Shown here: piece after piece, positions 61,932 through 64,000 of the stretch
Position numbering within the stretch: position 1 is the stretch's first letter
How the letters are laid out: each line of letters opens with the position of its first letter
Assembly (NCBI GenBank): GCA_963707955.1
Contig: OY970176.1
Span: forward strand, 1,184,001 to 1,248,000
Origin: Candidatus Bathyarchaeota archaeon
Lineage (GTDB): Archaea > Thermoproteota > Bathyarchaeia > Bathyarchaeales > Bathycorpusculaceae
DNA: 64,000 nucleotides
Direction of reading: 5' to 3'
Notes under the pieces: generated by a model
What the model saw: only the letters and a program-made list of their open reading frames with translations
Told to the model about the DNA's origin: nothing
Database searches by the model: none
Position numbers and translations under genes: made by a program

Positions 61932-62342
61932 ATGGTGAAAGTAGAAGGATACGAAGTTCCTGAAGGACTATACTACACGAAAGAGTTCGAATGGCTCAAG
62001 GTTGAAGGTGACAAGGTCCGCGTAGGTGTCACAGACTACGCTCAGAAACAGCTCAGGGAAATCGTCTACGCAGAACTGCCGAGCCCGGGGACGACGACGA
62101 AACAGAACGAGCCATACGGCACTGTGGAGTCGGTTAAAGCGGTCTCAGACCTGGTCGCGCCCGTAAGCGGAACGATAGAGGAAGTGAACACAGAGGTCCA
62201 GTCGAAACCTGAACTGTTGAACGAAGACCCGTACGCGAAAGGCTGGCTCGTGATAATGAAGCCGTCAAACCTGAAAGCAGAGCTTGCCAACCTTATGGAC
62301 TTCAACCAAGCCGTCGAGTGGCACAAGACGCTGAAGAAATGA
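61932..62342 (+). CDS. gcvH: Glycine cleavage system H protein
   Basis: GVTDYAQ, VESVKAVSD lipoyl-Lys, NEDPY..GW. Confidence 0.95.
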   Translation: MVKVEGYEVPEGLYYTKEFEWLKVEGDKVRVGVTDYAQKQLREIVYAELPSPGTTTKQNEPYGTVESVKAVSDLVAPVSGTIEEVNTEVQSKPELLNEDPYAKGWLVIMKPSNLKAELANLMDFNQAVEWHKTLKK

Positions 62343-62352
62343 AGGCCCACAA

Positions 62353-63699
62353 ATGCCTAAGCGCATAGTAGTCATCGGTGCACACGCAGCAGGCGTGGAC
62401 GCTGCGTCAGCGGCCAGAAAAACGGACCGGCAAGCAGAAATAACTATGATAACTGAAGAGAAGCATGCTGGTTACTCGCGCTGCGGACTGCCCTTCGTCA
62501 TAGGCGGCCAGATCCCAAGCTTTAATGACCTGATAGTTTTTTCTCCAGCATATTTTCAAATGATGAAGATCAGCCTTAAAACCGAAACGAAAGCGACGGC
62601 TGTAAACACGCAAAACAAGACTGTTGACACGACTGACAAGGACGGCAAGACTGAAACGTTACAGTACGACAGCCTGATATTAGCCACGGGCGCCAGCTCG
62701 TTTACGCCTCCGATAAAGGGCAGAGAGAAGCAGGGTTTGAGTTCCCTTCGAACCTTAGAAGACGGCGAGAAGATTGATCAGGCGATCAAGAAAGGAGCAA
62801 AGACCGCCGTTGTCATGGGTGCAGGTCTGATTGGGCTTGAAACGGCCGTGGCACTGCACGAAAGAGGGTTGAAAGTAACAGTTGTGGAGATGCTGCCTCA
62901 GGTGCTGCCTCTCCCTCTTGACGTTGAAATGGCGAAGATGCTTCAAGACCTGCTTGAGCAAAAAGGAATAACTGTGCTCACTGGAAAAACCGTTGAAGAG
63001 TTCCTGGGAACCGACAGGGTGACAGGCATCATGGCAGGCGGAGAGCAGATTAACGCAGACCTGTTCATGAGCGCCTTCGGAGTGAGGTCAAACACGCAAC
63101 TCGCCGTCAACGCTGGCATAGCCTTGGGTGAAACCAAAGCCATCAGAACAAACGCGCGAATGGAAACAAACATCAAAGACGTCTACGCCATAGGCGACTG
63201 CGCAGAAACCTTTGGCATAGCAACGCAGAGACCAGTGCTGCCGCAGCTCGGCACGGTGGCGGTGAGAACGGGAAAAGTGGCAGGCATGAACGCCGCAGGA
63301 GGATACTCCCTCTTCACAGGCGCCTTAGGTTCCGCTGTTTCAAGGCTGTTTGACACAGACTGCGGTTGGACAGGGTTGACGGAAGCAGCCGCAAAAAAGG
63401 CAAGTATAGAAGTGGTCAGTGGCACAATCGCTTCAAAGACCAAGGCTGACTATTATCCAGGCGCCTTGCCGATAAAGGTCAAGCTTGTCGTGGAGAAAGA
63501 GTCGCAGAGAATAATCGGCGCACAGATCGTCGGCGGAGAAGAAGTCACTCAACGCATCAACGCCATATCTCTGGCAATACAGAGGGGAATGACCGCGAGA
63601 GACCTTTCGAAGGCAGACACTGCATACGCACCGCCCTTGTGCGAGACTTGGGAGCCGATGGTTCTGGCTGCAGAAATGGTGCTGATGAAGCTCCGTTAG
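62353..63699 (+). CDS. Single-Cys pyridine nucleotide-disulfide oxidoreductase (NADH oxidase/CoA-disulfide reductase family)
   Basis: YSRCGLP redox Cys, ATGA, GAGLIGLE, YAIGDC, YAPP. Confidence 0.9.
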   Translation: MPKRIVVIGAHAAGVDAASAARKTDRQAEITMITEEKHAGYSRCGLPFVIGGQIPSFNDLIVFSPAYFQMMKISLKTETKATAVNTQNKTVDTTDKDGKTETLQYDSLILATGASSFTPPIKGREKQGLSSLRTLEDGEKIDQAIKKGAKTAVVMGAGLIGLETAVALHERGLKVTVVEMLPQVLPLPLDVEMAKMLQDLLEQKGITVLTGKTVEEFLGTDRVTGIMAGGEQINADLFMSAFGVRSNTQLAVNAGIALGETKAIRTNARMETNIKDVYAIGDCAETFGIATQRPVLPQLGTVAVRTGKVAGMNAAGGYSLFTGALGSAVSRLFDTDCGWTGLTEAAAKKASIEVVSGTIASKTKADYYPGALPIKVKLVVEKESQRIIGAQIVGGEEVTQRINAISLAIQRGMTARDLSKADTAYAPPLCETWEPMVLAAEMVLMKLR

Positions 63700-63741
63700 C
63701 AACGACTCATTTCTTCAATGCAAAACAAGTCGGAAACTTAA

Positions 63742-64000
<259 letters not shown>

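Overview
Gene-dense archaeal chromosomal window. By inference it comes from a TACK-group anaerobic heterotroph, most likely Bathyarchaeia. Core genes: Clp1, Nth, Sua5, Cgi121, THUMP, ABCE1, topoisomerase VI A/B, aIF5B, thermosome, TFE, Trm56, HflX, MBF1, NAC, ThrRS, ProRS. Amino-acid fermentation and folate-linked C1 genes: ftcD-hutI-hutU, tdh-kbl-(5-FCL-like)-gcvH-Nox/CoADR-like, AOR, ADP-forming ACD alpha, aminotransferases, and thyX next to a CofE-like ligase. Elements missing from the ORF track: a tRNA-Glu(CUC) with two introns, a 25-aa hyperacidic Trp-repeat micro-ORF with its own SD and terminator just upstream of ABCE1, a partial bacterial-type GAPDH, and a short HTH gene remnant; a GH38 remnant is buried inside a longer ORF. 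Six genes, several essential, carry single-base frameshifts that are most simply read as sequencing or assembly indels. No CRISPR array, rRNA, transposase or integrase was seen. All calls are from motif recognition by eye; no database searches were run.
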